Both the position numbers and the translations under genes were made by a program. Positions 1-12,936 of a stretch of DNA of 64,000 bases are shown piece after piece. Under the pieces are notes generated by a model. It was not told where the DNA came from, searched no databases, and saw nothing but the letters and a program-made list of their open reading frames with translations. Each line of letters begins with the position of its first letter. The stretch's first letter is position 1. This stretch comes from Pelomyxa schiedti (Eukaryota; Protista; Evosea), in NCBI GenBank assembly GCA_020536535.1, contig JAHLWZ010000860.1, forward strand, positions 6,247-70,246. The letters run 5' to 3'.

Positions 1-299
1 TGTTCAGTGGTTCCAACACCAATATCTGGCTGAATGACCAGATTATACATCATTTTCAGGGCCACACCCTGCTCGATCATCCTCCTGGGAATGTGCCAAT
101 CGTTTGTGGGTTTCAGTTTCACATTGCTTGTGGTGCCATTGCACCCAACCCCAAGTATCTTTTTTTTTCAGTTCAGGTTTGAAAATAGACAGAAAATACT
201 TTTGCAGAAAGCAGGTCGACATCACTCATCTCAATTGCTCTCATGAAGCTGAAGTCAATGTATGATGTGAACTGGTCCAAGTACTGCCACGATAAGTGA
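1..299 (+). CDS. Probable 3' end of a hypothetical spliced gene entering from the left edge
   Basis: Open frame FSGSNTNIWLNDQ...PNPK, a GT..AG segment, then ...MKLKSMYDVNWSKYCHDK* followed by AT-rich sequence. No recognisable domain. Confidence 0.3.
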
Positions 300-380
300 G
301 TTGATTTTACTAAAAAAAACCCATGCCATTTGTATTTCTTTTTCCTAAAAAAAATTACTGAATAAAAAAGAGTAACTTAG

Positions 381-3346
381 TTAAGTTACTTGTTGAAGTT
401 CCAATTTCAGGGTTGTAATCAATGGTAACATCTCACTTCTCACCTGAGATATAATATCATTGCTTCCTTCCATAGTGACACCAGCTGTTTTTTTTTTTTT
501 TTTGTGATTCAACTGTGCTGGGGATGTCAGGGTAAAAAATATACAAGATTGTGTGAGTGGTGGCTCAGCCTGAAAGTGTTGGGGAAATTCTCTCCTCAAT
601 ATGGAAGCAAACTCTTGGGTGATAACAGGAAAGAAATTCATTGAAGATGCATGTGCACTTGGCTTCGTGAAATTAAGCTGGAAGTATTCCTTTCCTTTTG
701 TGTATGAGAATCATGCAGCAGTAATTTTGAATCAAAAATGAACACTGTTACCACAGAAAAGAAGGAACACAATAACACCACAGCATAAGGGGCTTTTCCC
801 ATCTTTTTTTTGTTATGTGACACACCAAATGCAATTGATGTTCGACTGGGGCATGAACCTTAGAGAGACTCAGAATAGGCTTCGGAACATGAGAAACAAA
901 CATGGAGAGCAGTCTTCTGATTCTGCGATCTCAATAGGAATTTCAAAGAGGTCACCTGAAGGGTTGAGGAGCGGTGGACTTTCCATTTGAGATAAAAACA
1001 TCCCTTCACCCAAAGGAATTGCTTTGTACCGAATGCCACCAACAATGGCATATAAAAGTGAAGGAAAGGTGTTCTCCAGAAGGATCAAGAGGCGAAATCC
1101 AGGGGAAGAAGGATTTTTCAACCACGTAAACCACAAAAAGTGAGTCCCTGTGGGATACACAAGGGAAAGTCAGTGTGAGAAGAAAAAGATAAAAAAAGGC
1201 CCATACAGCTCTTTTGTTTTCTTTCCAGTGTTGAAAGTAGTTTCTTTCCTTTTTGTTCCTGAAACCAAATTTTCTGCTCTAGGGTGTGGTGAGGGTACAT
1301 AAAAAGTATTGACACTGACATACGACTAAGATCCAGACTGACGAGTGTGTTGTTTGTTGATAGTGATTGTGCAATACTTGCTGCTTCATTATTACCAATT
1401 TTATTGCCTTGATTTATTTGTTTGGTTGTATGGCCTAATCATTGTTGATATACTCGAAAGATTCAGACTCAACAGTGACTTATTTTTTGACAGTGCCTGT
1501 GCAATACTCACTGCTCCCTTGTCCCCAGTGTCATTCACTTGGTTATTGTTTTATTTGGATGGTTGGGGAAATTATATACATACAAACGAGAGTAAGACTA
1601 ACCAGTGTGTTGTTTGTTAAAAGCAACTTTGCAATACTTGCGGCCCCTTCATCACCAATTCCATTACCTTGTTTGTTTTGTTAGATGTTGTGCTAGGGGG
1701 GCACGTAACATACAATTCAAGTCCAGACTCACGAGTGTCTTGTTTGTTGTCAGTGACTCGGCAACACTCTCTACTCCCTCAGCACCAATTTCGTTTTCTA
1801 GATTTATGGTTTGTGGGCTTAACAGCCTGGTACATACCAGCAAGATTCAGATGTAATAGTGTACTGTTTGTTGATAGTGCCTGCGCAATACTGACTATTC
1901 CCTTCACACCAATCTCCGTGCCTTTAGTTTTGTTAGTTGTTTGGTTAGAAGACTGAATAAGTGCCAATCCATACGAGCAAGATTCAAACTCACCAATGTC
2001 TTATTCATTGATAGTGCCTGTAAAATAGCAACTGCTCCCTGAGAACCAATTTTTTGGTTGCCTTTTGCTGGTGGGAAAGAGTAGGAACCAAGTTGTTGGC
2101 ATACCATATAATCTCAGCTTCACCAGCGTTTTATTTGTTGACAGTACTTGTGCAATACTTTCTGCCCCCTCAGTATCGATGTTGTTAACTTTGTTTTTTA
2201 GGAGAATTGGTAACCAGTTATTGACATACACCCAAGATCCAGACTCACAAGTGTGTTGTTTATTGACAGTGACTGCACAATACTCACTGTCCCTTTGTCA
2301 CCAATATTGTTTCCTTTTTGGCTAGTTTGTTTAAGAAGGGTTGATGGATAAGCAACAAACCACTGAGAGACAGATTAATCAGTGTCCTATTTGTTAACAA
2401 CAACTGTGCAATACTCACTGCTCCCTCAAAACTAATTTGATTGTCTTGTTGGTTTGTTAGTTGTCCGGTGGTTGAGTTGCAACTCATTGTCACCATTAAG
2501 ATGAAGACTCACAAGTGTGTTGTTTGTTGACAAAGACTGTACAATATGTGCTGCTCCTGTGTCACTAATTTGATTTCCTTGTTTATCTAGTCTCAACAAA
2601 GCCACCTACCCCAAAGTTACATACGACTAAGATCCAGACTCACAAGTGTCTTGTTGATTGACAGTGCCTGTGCAATGCTCCATGATCCCTCATCACCAAT
2701 TTTGTTCCCTTGTTGTGAGATGATGACGTGCTGTTCCCAGGAAGGATTAAGTGACATACAGTAAAGACTCAGATACAACAGTGTAGAATTTGTTGACAGT
2801 GACTGTGCTATACTTGAGGCCCCGTCAACACCAATTTCGTTACCTTGTTGTGAGAATGAGAGCTGTTCCCAGGAAGGATTAATTGACATGCAAGTGACAT
2901 ACAGTAAAGACTCAGACACAACAGCGTATTATTTGTTGATATGAACTGTGCTATACTTATTGCTCCCTCATTACCAATGTTGCCCGCTTGTTTTATTTGT
3001 TTTTCAGTTGGCGAGTATAGAAGATTTTGCATACTGGAAAGACAAAGACTAAGAATGGTCTTGTTTGTTAACAGTGCCTGGGCAATGCTCACTGCCCCAT
3101 TGTCACCAATGCCTGTGTCTTTTTGTTGTTGTAGTTGTTTATGTTTTAAAAAGGGTCTTGAGGAGCCACACGTAGCATCAAGCAATTGCAGACTGTGTCA
3201 GGGTGCTGCAAAGACCAACAAATGTCCTCAATTGGTGTTCCAGAGCCAATAAAACCACTTCGAAGCAGCTGCAGTCGACGGGTGTCCTCGGCATTTTTTC
3301 CATCACCGTGTTCAGTGGAGATTGAACTTTGTTGCTGATTGCCCAT
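381..3346 (-). CDS. RNI-like/NLRC3-like leucine-rich repeat protein; 14 one-repeat exons, MG N-terminus, unknown C-terminal region
   Basis: ATG at 3346 (MGNQQQSS). LRR exons: 3118-3035, 2986-2903, 2843-2760, 2708-2625, 2577-2494, 2444-2361, 2313-2230, 2188-2105, 2061-1975, 1921-1838, 1797-1714, 1667-1584, 1537-1454, 1407-1324. Each encodes xNxIGxxGAxSIAQxLxxNxTLxxLxL. Further exons at 1278-1207 and from 1147. The frame stops at 870 or, with more plausible introns, continues to 381; the 3' end is uncertain. Confidence 0.88.
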
Positions 3347-3422
3347 AGGAAAAACACGCCGAGTATCGAGTGAATAAGAACTTGGGGTGTTTCGTGAATG
3401 AAGAACGATTCTTTTTTTTTTT

Positions 3423-6400
3423 TCAAGTGTTGGATGTGGACTTGATGGAGGTTGTGTTTAGTTTGTTGTATTGTTGGTGTGTGGGGATGTGTTGTTGCAG
3501 TGGTATGAGCGGGGGGCCAGATGGCGGTGTGAGTGACATTGGGGATAGTGTGTGATTCTGTGGGAGAGAGTGGGCCGACATTGCAGCAAGTGTGTGTGCG
3601 GTGCATTGTGAGGAAGATGCCTGGCAATTTGACACAACTTGTGCAAGGGGTGGCAGAATCGGGATTCGCGGTTGCTCCGGTGGCTTGCTGTCATTTTTCG
3701 CAGTATCTGGTTTGGTTGTGCTCTGGCTGTCAGTGCTTGGCTGCTGCTGTATGAATGATGAAAGACCCGGAGGTGAGGGCGGCGATGTGGGAGCAGGCAT
3801 TTGCTGGGTCTGAAGTGGTAGTTGTGGTAAGGGAAGCTGCTGGGGCGTTTGAGGTTGTGAGGGCACTTGGGGAGGTGACATTAGTGGGTTGGGTGATGCG
3901 GCTAACGGGATAGGCGGTGCAGCGCCTGGTTGTTCGGAAAACTTGATCGGATTTTGGTCTGCTTGGTGTGTGGGTGTGGGAGGTTTTGGTGGAACAATTC
4001 GCTTTCCCATGAGAGCGAGCAGGTGGACTTTAACACATTGTTTGAATGCACAATTCTTACTTCCTACATTGTATCCACCTTCTAGAACACTGACAAGACG
4101 CCCATTGCAGACCTTTTGTGCCACACGAACCAACTAGAAGTTTGAGGTTATTTCTAAGGACAAACGACGACGCACATACCTCATCTGTTATCCAGTAGAA
4201 GTCATACACGTCAAGTTTCAGCCCCTTCGTTGGGTCGTCCTTATGAGCATCAAATCCAGCACTTAGAAGAATTATCTGAGGCTTATACTGCTGAATAACT
4301 TTAATAGCCTACGGGATGTGAAATCTTGATAGTAATTGGCAGTTATACTTTTCGAAGAGTTCTGTGAAACACTTTTGGAGGGGAGAATCTTTTAACAGGA
4401 AAGTTTAAGACATTGTGGGGACAAGGCTAGTTGATTTGGTAAGGGTCAAATGAATTCATTTTGTGGGTTACATCATCAGGTCCCCCTGTCCCCGGGAAGA
4501 AGGTCTTCTTGTCATCATAAACGTGTATAGAAATAAAAAAGAAGTGATCATCACCCCCAAGAAGTTCCTGTTAAACATGTTAACTATGGAAAATTGTGGT
4601 ATAACTAACCTGAGTTCCATTCCCGTGGTGAACTGTTAAATAGAAAGGTGAGTATATAAAAGAATGTGAGATAAGAAACCATCAAAATCCAAAACAGCAA
4701 TCCTTTCATAATTTTGTGAGAGTTTAGCGTAATACGCGCCTACAGCCACATTATTGATTAAGCAAAAACCCTGATGAGAGTGAGGATGGAAGTATGACAC
4801 AGAGATGATAACCTGAGATGAGGCTTTCCCAGCATGGTGACCTGGTGGACGAATAGCACAGAAGGCGTTCTGGTAATTTCCTGTAGAAGATTTGGAATAT
4901 GGTATACAAAAACAGACTGTACCCTTGGTTACTGCATATATGGCATCACACACAGCGCCGGCAGCTCGGTAAGCGGAATTCAGTGATCCAAATGAAACGA
5001 ATGTGTCACAGCACTCGGGATCTTGCTCTTCGAGAGGCACTTCTTGTGGTCCATGACACATTCTGTGTAAAGAAATTAATATGGCACACCTCCAAGATGA
5101 TGGACTAAAATTACATTGCAGGAGGGGCACAGACGTCATCAGGAATTCTATCAGCAAGTGCTTTTATATATGCTTCATCATGCACTTTGGTCAAAAGTTT
5201 TTGCAACACTTGGCAACTTGTGAGAAATTTGTTGAGGTGCATGTTGTGGTTCTTACCAAGATTTGGGTTATTTATAACATGTAAAAATTCATGGTGCTTG
5301 AGCTCAAGCTCTGCTAGCAATTCAATTATAACTTGAAGGCGCTGCGGAGTTTCTACATGGTCGGTTGGTGTATGATGTCCAAGACTATCACACCTATGAG
5401 ACGAGAGCACAAATTAGGGAAACACACCATGAAGGATGATAAATAACAAGTGTTTGATTTCCGGTTACTACAGGGAATTAGATGGAACGAGATTAACATG
5501 GCGCCTGAATACCTTTTGAAGGAACAAAGCTTTTGGGCAGTGTATCTTCCGGAAATTTACCGTTAACCTTACAATTAATTAATAAGTTTAAATATCATAT
5601 TGAAATACACACTGAAGCTAAGTGAAATGTTGATGCTGTTGACAAAAAAAGCCGAAGGGAGGAGAGAACTTTTTCATCATTCTAAGGAATATGGGAATCA
5701 TTGCCATTGTAGTTTTGGGTACACACATTACAGGATTCGTCTGCTTGAATTAGACCTTGCTGCCTACCTGTTGAACAGTCATTAGCTACAATATTTTGCA
5801 AGAGAACAACATTTGGAAACATTGGCCGAGTGTACAAGTGCTTGGTGGCGAAGGTCATATTTCCTTCTTTTAGATTTTTTTTGTTGTACTGCTTCGGTTA
5901 ATGACTTCCTCACACTATAACGGGGCGTTGATAAAAAGTTCACATGATAATTACAAACCGAGATAAATCTTCATTCAGTTGTTGTTCCTCACGAAGCAGT
6001 TGGTCGAGTTCTGGGTTTGGAGATATCGATTTCGAACCTAAGAGGCTGAGGAAGAAGAATGGAGAGCAATGAAAAGAAAACCTCGGTGTCGAATCAATTG
6101 CCGAAGATCACTTTGAGTTTGTTGTGTTTTCACTTTCAAACTTGACGCTGCCCCCTGAATATTTATATTAAAATACTAATTTTCATTCTGAGGTATACAG
6201 CAAGTGTATACGACGACAGGGGAGCATGGCCCTTTTTGAGAGCATTTGCGCCAATAGTGATGATGGATTCGAGCTGGATACCGTAAATTGAATGGAAACT
6301 GAGTGGCTATGTTACATCACGTAAGGCCGTAGAAAGAGACTCGGGAATAGCACTCGATATTGCTGGTAGGTGTCTGTTCAACTCATTTGCACTGTCAAGT

Positions 6401-9400
6401 ATCCTAGAAATTTCTGCCTTGGCAGCTTCATCTGTTCCAGTTCTTGAACGCTGAGCATATTCACTAATGTCCATCACAAAAAAAAAGTCAAGGGAAACTA
6501 TGTAACCATAAGGTCTTATTGGCACTCTCCCAGTAGCTATGAAGGGCATCCAGTTTTCCTACAGCTGTGGTTCTTAGAAAACTCAACTGGGAAGATATCA
6601 CTCACGCAATACGGATGAACTCGCAGTAAATTCCCTTGTCTTTCTTCTTCCAGATAGCTGTGAGACACCATGAGAAACACTACATTTCACTTGACTTAAA
6701 TTACCAAATCGGAAAGAAAATTGGATCTCTCTCTCGGTTTTGTACTAGTCATTGCCTCGCACACCCAGCACGTCCAATGTGATGATTGCTTAATTTCATC
6801 AAAGCTAGATTATATTTTCTTAGAATCAGTCTATTGATTTTCTGTGATACCTGATAAATGAACAGGGGGAATGTGTATTTGGATTCGACAAATTATCGAT
6901 GCAAGACCTACAAAAACTGAAGGAACACTGCAATTCCGAACAGTGAACAAGTTCCTGGAGTTCCCAATCAACATAAGTGAAAACAACACCTATTCACACG
7001 AACTGAGGAGCTGAGTAATCCTGCGCAAATCCCACAGCACGAATCTTTGTTGCCATCTTCAATAAGGAGTATCTAAGGGAGAGATGGGAAACTGTACTGT
7101 AGCGTTGACTATATCAATAGAACCTGTTTTGTTGTGGCAGCTTCTTTTAATCGGGATTCAACATGGGACATATGTGTTTTACAAGTATAAACCATAAAAG
7201 GACGAACGAGCCAGAGAGTTCTGTCAGCTTTATGAATCTCATCAGGTAACACCTATTTAGTGGTAATTTTGTAACCACAGAAGGATGAGAGTATTTACTG
7301 TTGACCAACACATGCGAAGGTCTTCTTTTCCTTTCCGTTTAGAAGGTTTAGCTGAATGTTGTTTTATGAATAAAAGGTCAGGTATAAATGTGTTTACCTG
7401 CATCGTCTTCGGTCCTTCCTGAAATAGGTGGACTGGTCGCTTTTGTAGAGGGGATCGGAGCACTGGAATTCACGAGTACAGTAGTAGAACTTGCAAGAGA
7501 GCTACCCGTTTTCCTCATTGTTCTCTTTGAGACATTAGAAAGAAAAAGAGAGAGGTAAAATGCACTTTTCTTGTGTGAGCTGAAGGTGGCTGATCAAATT
7601 CCGAAAAAATGATTTGTGAAGGATCTACATCCATGTGTACGCGTTTCTTTGCCTGAACTTGCACTAAAGGTGGGCTGGGTTGCAGTGGTGGAGAAATCTG
7701 AGCTTGAATCGATTCAATTGGCGGTGATTGACTCGTAACTTTTTGTTGACTTGGCGAGGGTAATGATTGGGGAGGTGATTGTTGTGAGGATTCAACCAAT
7801 TTAGATTGCTCCAATTGCAGAACTTGGTCTGATTGACCTGGAGATGCTTGCTGATTGAAAGGTGACTGATTCGGGGACACATTGGACTGACTTAAATTTG
7901 GTTTTTGGTTGAGAGTGCACTGGCCTGTAGATGATTGTGCTAAATGAACATTAGGGACTTGCTGTGGTGAAACTTGTTGATGTGGGGGTGAGGACTGTGG
8001 CGCAATCATCGGGCCAAACTGCTTGGGCGCAGGGCCCTCGTTCTGGCTGGTGGACTGAATGTCCACAGTCTCGCCGAAAGTGGGACTCACTTCAGTGTTA
8101 TTTTGCTTCTCGTTTTCTTTTGGTTTAATTGCCATGAACGGAACAGTGACTACAGTACCGCGAGAATTGTTTCGAGGAGTACTGGACTGCGAAGGTACTA
8201 TGAGGGGTGTGCTTCCCTTGGCACCTCCATGTGACATTGAATCAACATTGAACACAACATTGTTTTCTACAGAAGGTCTTTCCTCTTTTGCAATAGACAC
8301 ACTATTGTCATCTATAGAAGGTCTTTCCTCTTTGGCAATAAACACAACATTTTGCATACTTCGAGAGTCATTCATAATATCATCCAAATCCTGTGATTCC
8401 ATCCGTATAGTTTCACATGGACTGGGGGATGACGCTGCATTCAGATTTTCACCCCTCAGCACAACATGGATTGTGGGGGTGTTATGCTCAGGCAATTCCC
8501 ATTCACTGGTATTCTGTTCACAAAAAACAACAGTTTTGCTGCTTGAACTGTCTAGTCCTGGTTCTGAGCTTGCGGGCTCCTGAGAGTACATCTTGGGGTA
8601 GACCTCAGTATCTATATCCAAATCGTTCTTATCTATTTCATCAGTGCCCTCGTTCGCATTGTCACAAGCATCTACCGTGTCCCCCTCCTCCCTCTCACCA
8701 TCGGTACTGCTGTCCAAGCGGTCGTTTTCGTGCTCTTCCTCTCCCTCCTCCTCCCCTTCCCCCTCCCCTTTGTAGCTGTCTCTCTCCGCATCTCGGCCCT
8801 TCGCAGCGGCGGTCTCGCTGTCGTCGCTTTCGTCGCGACCGTCGTTCTCGGCCTTCCTGCTCCCCTCCCTCCCCCTCCTCCTCCTCTCGTCCTGCTCGCT
8901 CGCGGACTCCCCCGCGTCCTTGCCGCTGCTGCTGTCGTCCGAGCTGTCTTCCTCGCGCTGGCGGTGCCGCCTGTCCTTCCTCTTGTTCCTGTGCTTCCTC
9001 CCGCCGTGGCGGTGCTCCTTTTCCCTCCCCTGGCGCCCCCTCGCCCGCTCCTTCTTCCTGCCGTCCTCCTCCTCTTCCTCCTCCTCTGCGTCCTCCTCGT
9101 CGTCGTCATCATCATCATCACCTTTTTCTTCTCCCCGCTCCTCGTCCTCCCCGCCCGAGCCAGCTGCCCTCGCCTGCCCCGGCGAGTCCCCTCCTCCTTC
9201 CTCCTCCTGATTCCGGCCTCCCTCCCCGCCAGAGCCCTCTTCTTCTTGCTCCTCCTTCCTCGACGACCCGCGCTTGCTGGACTTCGCGGTTTGCCCCCTG
9301 CCCTCGTCCTCGTCGCCGTCCTCGGGGTCGCGGCCGGCGCCGTGGCCGTGGTGGTGCCGCCGCCGCCGCCGGTGCCCGCGCCCGTGCGCGTGGCCGTGCC

Positions 9401-9459
9401 CCCCGTGGCCGTGCCGTCGGTGCTTGCTGCTGTGGGTCTGCTGCTGCTGTTGCAGCTGT

Positions 9460-9491
<32 letters not shown>

Positions 9492-9857
9492 CTGTTGTTT
9501 CTTGGTGCCGGCGCCCCTCTTGTCCCCCTTGTCTCTCCTCGACGACGAAGATTTGGTGCTGCCGACATCGCTGTCGCTCGAGCTCCCTCCGCTCTCTTCG
9601 TCGTTGGACTGTACACCAGCCGAGACCGCCGGGGGCGACGACGACGACCCTTCCTCCTCGGGGGCCGACGACGCAGACGACGAGGCCGAGGCTGACCCCG
9701 TCGTCCCCTCTTCCGCCTCCTCCTGCCCCGACGACTCGCCGGCGCCTCCCTTCCTCGCGTCCTCGGCCCCTGAGCCTTCGTCGTCGTCGCTGTCTCTGCC
9801 GCGCGTGTTGGGTGGCGCAACGCCCCGGCCTGCCTTGCTTGTTGCTCTCCTCTGCAT
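3423..9857 (-). CDS. Class II-type histone deacetylase with a long acidic/low-complexity N-terminus, an ADD/PHD-like zinc finger and a Pro/Gln-rich tail
   Basis: HDAC motifs across spliced exons ~4050-5400: HVETPQRL, RPPGHHA, GFCLINNVAV, LDFDVHHGNGTQ, FFPGTG, SAGFDAHKDDP, VLEGGY. Cys-rich module ~6760-7190 (EDGNKDSCCGIC...HCSELQCSFSFCRSCI...WTCWVC). First exon is ORF 7515-9857. Linkage of all parts into one gene is inferred from continuous minus-strand exon/intron structure. Confidence 0.85.
9438..9497 (-). repeat. CAG/CAA poly-glutamine tract in HDAC exon 1
   Basis: ctg/ttg triplet run on the + strand; encodes a poly-Q run interrupted by one Leu. Confidence 0.9.
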
Positions 9858-9995
9858 TTGTTTTTGTTTTCTTTTATCTGCGTAGACTTTTTTCTATTTC
9901 TATGCTATGGAGGTGCATTCCTGGTCTTTTCCGGTACTCCTAGCGTTACGTGAAATCACACAGTGGAATTTCGTGGAGAAAAATTCAAGTCAAGG

Positions 9996-12568
9996 CTAAA
10001 ATTTGGGTACAGAGGAAGAGGTTGTCCAGTCGTCGAGGGGCATCAGGTGCTGTTTATCATTTCTGGTGTCTCTGTGGTAGATGTGTTTTGGAAGCCCACG
10101 GTGTCTCCCTGAAGTGTTGTGAGGAGCAGTTTAGTTAGGGAGCGGGGCAAGTACCCATCAGCATCACCAGCATTAATATGTATTTAGAGAAAGGGCTGAC
10201 CACGCCGGCGTAGGAATAGAAAACGCCTATTTGAAGTAAGGTTGCTTCTGTTAGCAGTCAATAGAACCTGGGTAACCCATAGAGAGACCCACTGTGCCAT
10301 AGGCAGAGGTTACTTCGAACATGATTTTGTAGATATCGGATTTGGCTTGGTCCTCACTCCCAAGCTCGAAGCAGGAAATGATAAAGACTGCGAGATACAA
10401 CCACCTGATTAAAAGGCGGTCAAAAAAAAACGGTACTCCTAAAATAGAACTAGACGCTCACGTGAAAGGGTGAAGAATGATGGAGCTGACGTATTTTCCC
10501 AAAGTACGAAGTTTTGAGGGTGGAGCAACTGATCTTTTTGTCTCTAACTTGATCTCTTCCTCTCTGTATTTCCTCACATCTAGGAGACAACATCAATTAT
10601 AAATTATTCTCCCTGCTATTGGCCAGTACATGCAATTGGATAGGCGCTGATGAACATAGATTTGATATATCTGTAAAAAAAATTACACTAGAACCACAAG
10701 AGAGGTTTGTACATCCACAACAGTGGCTGGCTCAGGGTAGACATATCTAAAATAACGTGGAACATCTCAATAAACCCTTAAATTATTTTCTACCTACAAC
10801 GGAAAATCCCGCAGTTCGGCAATCAACTACGACAAGGTGAGAATGCATGGAGGTACATTATAACCGTTTACCAGAAAGAAAGAATGCGTCAAGCCACAGA
10901 TCAGAAGTGCTCATTAAGCCTTTCATGAAGCACACAAAAGCTATTGTGTCGATCACATTCAGTGTACCAAATACGAGCATTAAGATTTTAGTATGTATTC
11001 CTGGAAATATATGCAAGGAGCAACGAGTGGGATCAACAAGAATATCTGTGAACTCATCACTACAGGTGATATCTCTTGTCTCGTACATCTCAAGGGTTGT
11101 TGACTCTTTGGAAGCTTTCTTTCATAGACATTCCTCGTCATCCATACTGCAAATCGCAAGCCCAAGGGAAGCATAGTATTTCCAGCGCAAATCATCAGTG
11201 CCAGGGTTAACAACACAACCCAATCACTCTGAAACGGGATGAGGTTATCCTGGAAGAGTCCAAATCCAGCCTGATACAAATAAATTTACACCATGAAAGG
11301 GAATTTCGTATTATGCACATTATTCCATGAACTAAAGCAATGGAACCCACTCCACCACCACGGGTTGATTCCCCGCGAGTCCATGAGCTCCCGCTGTTTA
11401 GAGTACGACAGATAAAATCCAAGGATTGTAAAGCATACGAGTTGCAGTCCCCATTGATAACATATCTAAAGTGGTGAGTTTGTAGAAGTGCGTGTAAGTA
11501 AGGTTACAATGATGAAAATTAGTCGCTTAAGGGCTCGCCGTTCCATATCATAGTCGTGGAAAAATCCTCCAGAAACTGTTGCTGATGATCTTATTGGTCT
11601 AGAAACCAATTTCGTGGTTTCATCGTCATGCTCAGGGGTTATATCCCTGGAACGCCTGGGGAAAAGCAGTGTTATTTTGTTGTCTACAAGTGATCAGCAA
11701 CCAACTGTGTGTGGTTGAGCCATATGTTCCGCACTCTAAAGTAGCGTACCACAGCAACGCTCAGGCATGTGCCTATTGTTACTCCACATAACTGGCAGCA
11801 GATAACAAGAACAACCTTGGAGGTGTGACGTGACAATAGACAATATGTAGGGAGATGAAAGTACTAGTGACGGCTTTGTCCACGTCGAAATATCAACGGT
11901 GGAGAGACCAGTGCAGGTCACGGCAGAAATGGTTTGAAAAATGGCATCTGTGACTGATAAACCTAGACATGGATTAGATCGTACAAAGGAATTACCTTAC
12001 CATTTCCCATCGAATTTTCAAAGATATACAACAAAATTGCTCCAATAATAGCTGTCGAGAGTATAAATATGACATGCAAGGAGAGAAAGCAAGTCACCCT
12101 AGACCCCACTTGCTTCCCCACAGACCGACACCATTCCGGGAACGCATTCCTTCTGCCGGATACAATTCTCACTGAAGGTGAAGAACGCTTCGAAGCCCTT
12201 CTCTGAGATAGCCCACTATTAGAGGAACCGCTATAGTGGAGACTGTCATTTCCACTATCATGTCCCTCTCCCACACTCACCACAGGTTGCTTTTCGGCAA
12301 CTGACGTTTCATCGGCTACGTCATCCCCTCCAGCTTCACTATCACTCTCCGCTTCTTCTGTAGTCACAATTCCTTTCCTATCCCAAACAGGGGTGAATTC
12401 CGTGTTCTCACTAAACGCAGGGAGCTTGTGCGTGCCAGAGGAAAACAGCGGCCTTTCGAAAGTGGAACTTACAGAGTCCTTCAGCGACGCCGGCAGCGCG
12501 ACAATAGATCCAGTGGGTGCCTTCGTAGATGTAGTTGTTGTTGTTACAGTGACTGCGCTTCTATGCAT
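9996..12568 (-). CDS. Trk/HKT-family potassium (cation) transporter
   Basis: Pore-loop motifs SAVTCTGLSTVD, AGFGLF, RTAGFS, FEVTSAYGTVGLSMG, plus LICAGNT-like segment and C-terminal MLMGRHRGLP after splicing; stop at 9996. The start may lie further upstream. Confidence 0.9.
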
Positions 12569-12936
12569 TGGCGCTGTAGAAGACGTCTCCGGACTGACGT
12601 CACTGTCCCTGTTGTGTGTCGTGTTGGTTGTTGGTTCAGTTTTTATGGAATAATCAAAGGGGAGAAAAAAGTGACAGCGTCAAGAAAAGGGGCCGGGGAA
12701 TGATGCCTCTGGATGATCATTGTGCGGTTTCGTTTTGTTTCCCGTTATCACAACTACTTCGCGAATTCCAGTTTTCACTGATCAGCCGCTCAAGAACCTT
12801 CAATTGACTCTGGTATAGGAACAATATCAGGCACCCCCAAGGAATCGCACAGGAGCAATGCACTGCTTGCAGTCTATTTCGAACCAGACTGGCAGGTTCA
12901 ATTACAGACTGATTGAACCTTTTCGTCGTCCAAGCG

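Noticed and set aside
1324-3118. Regular ~130-nt periodicity resembling a CRISPR or satellite array
   Set aside because: The units are degenerate protein-coding LRR exons with GT-AG introns, not identical repeats with spacers, and no cas genes are present.
8417-9943. Long + strand ORFs (508, 321, 203 aa) and similar overlapping ORFs near 21, 38 and 51 kb
   Set aside because: Antisense or off-frame shadows of GC-rich low-complexity exons, which are depleted of stop codons.
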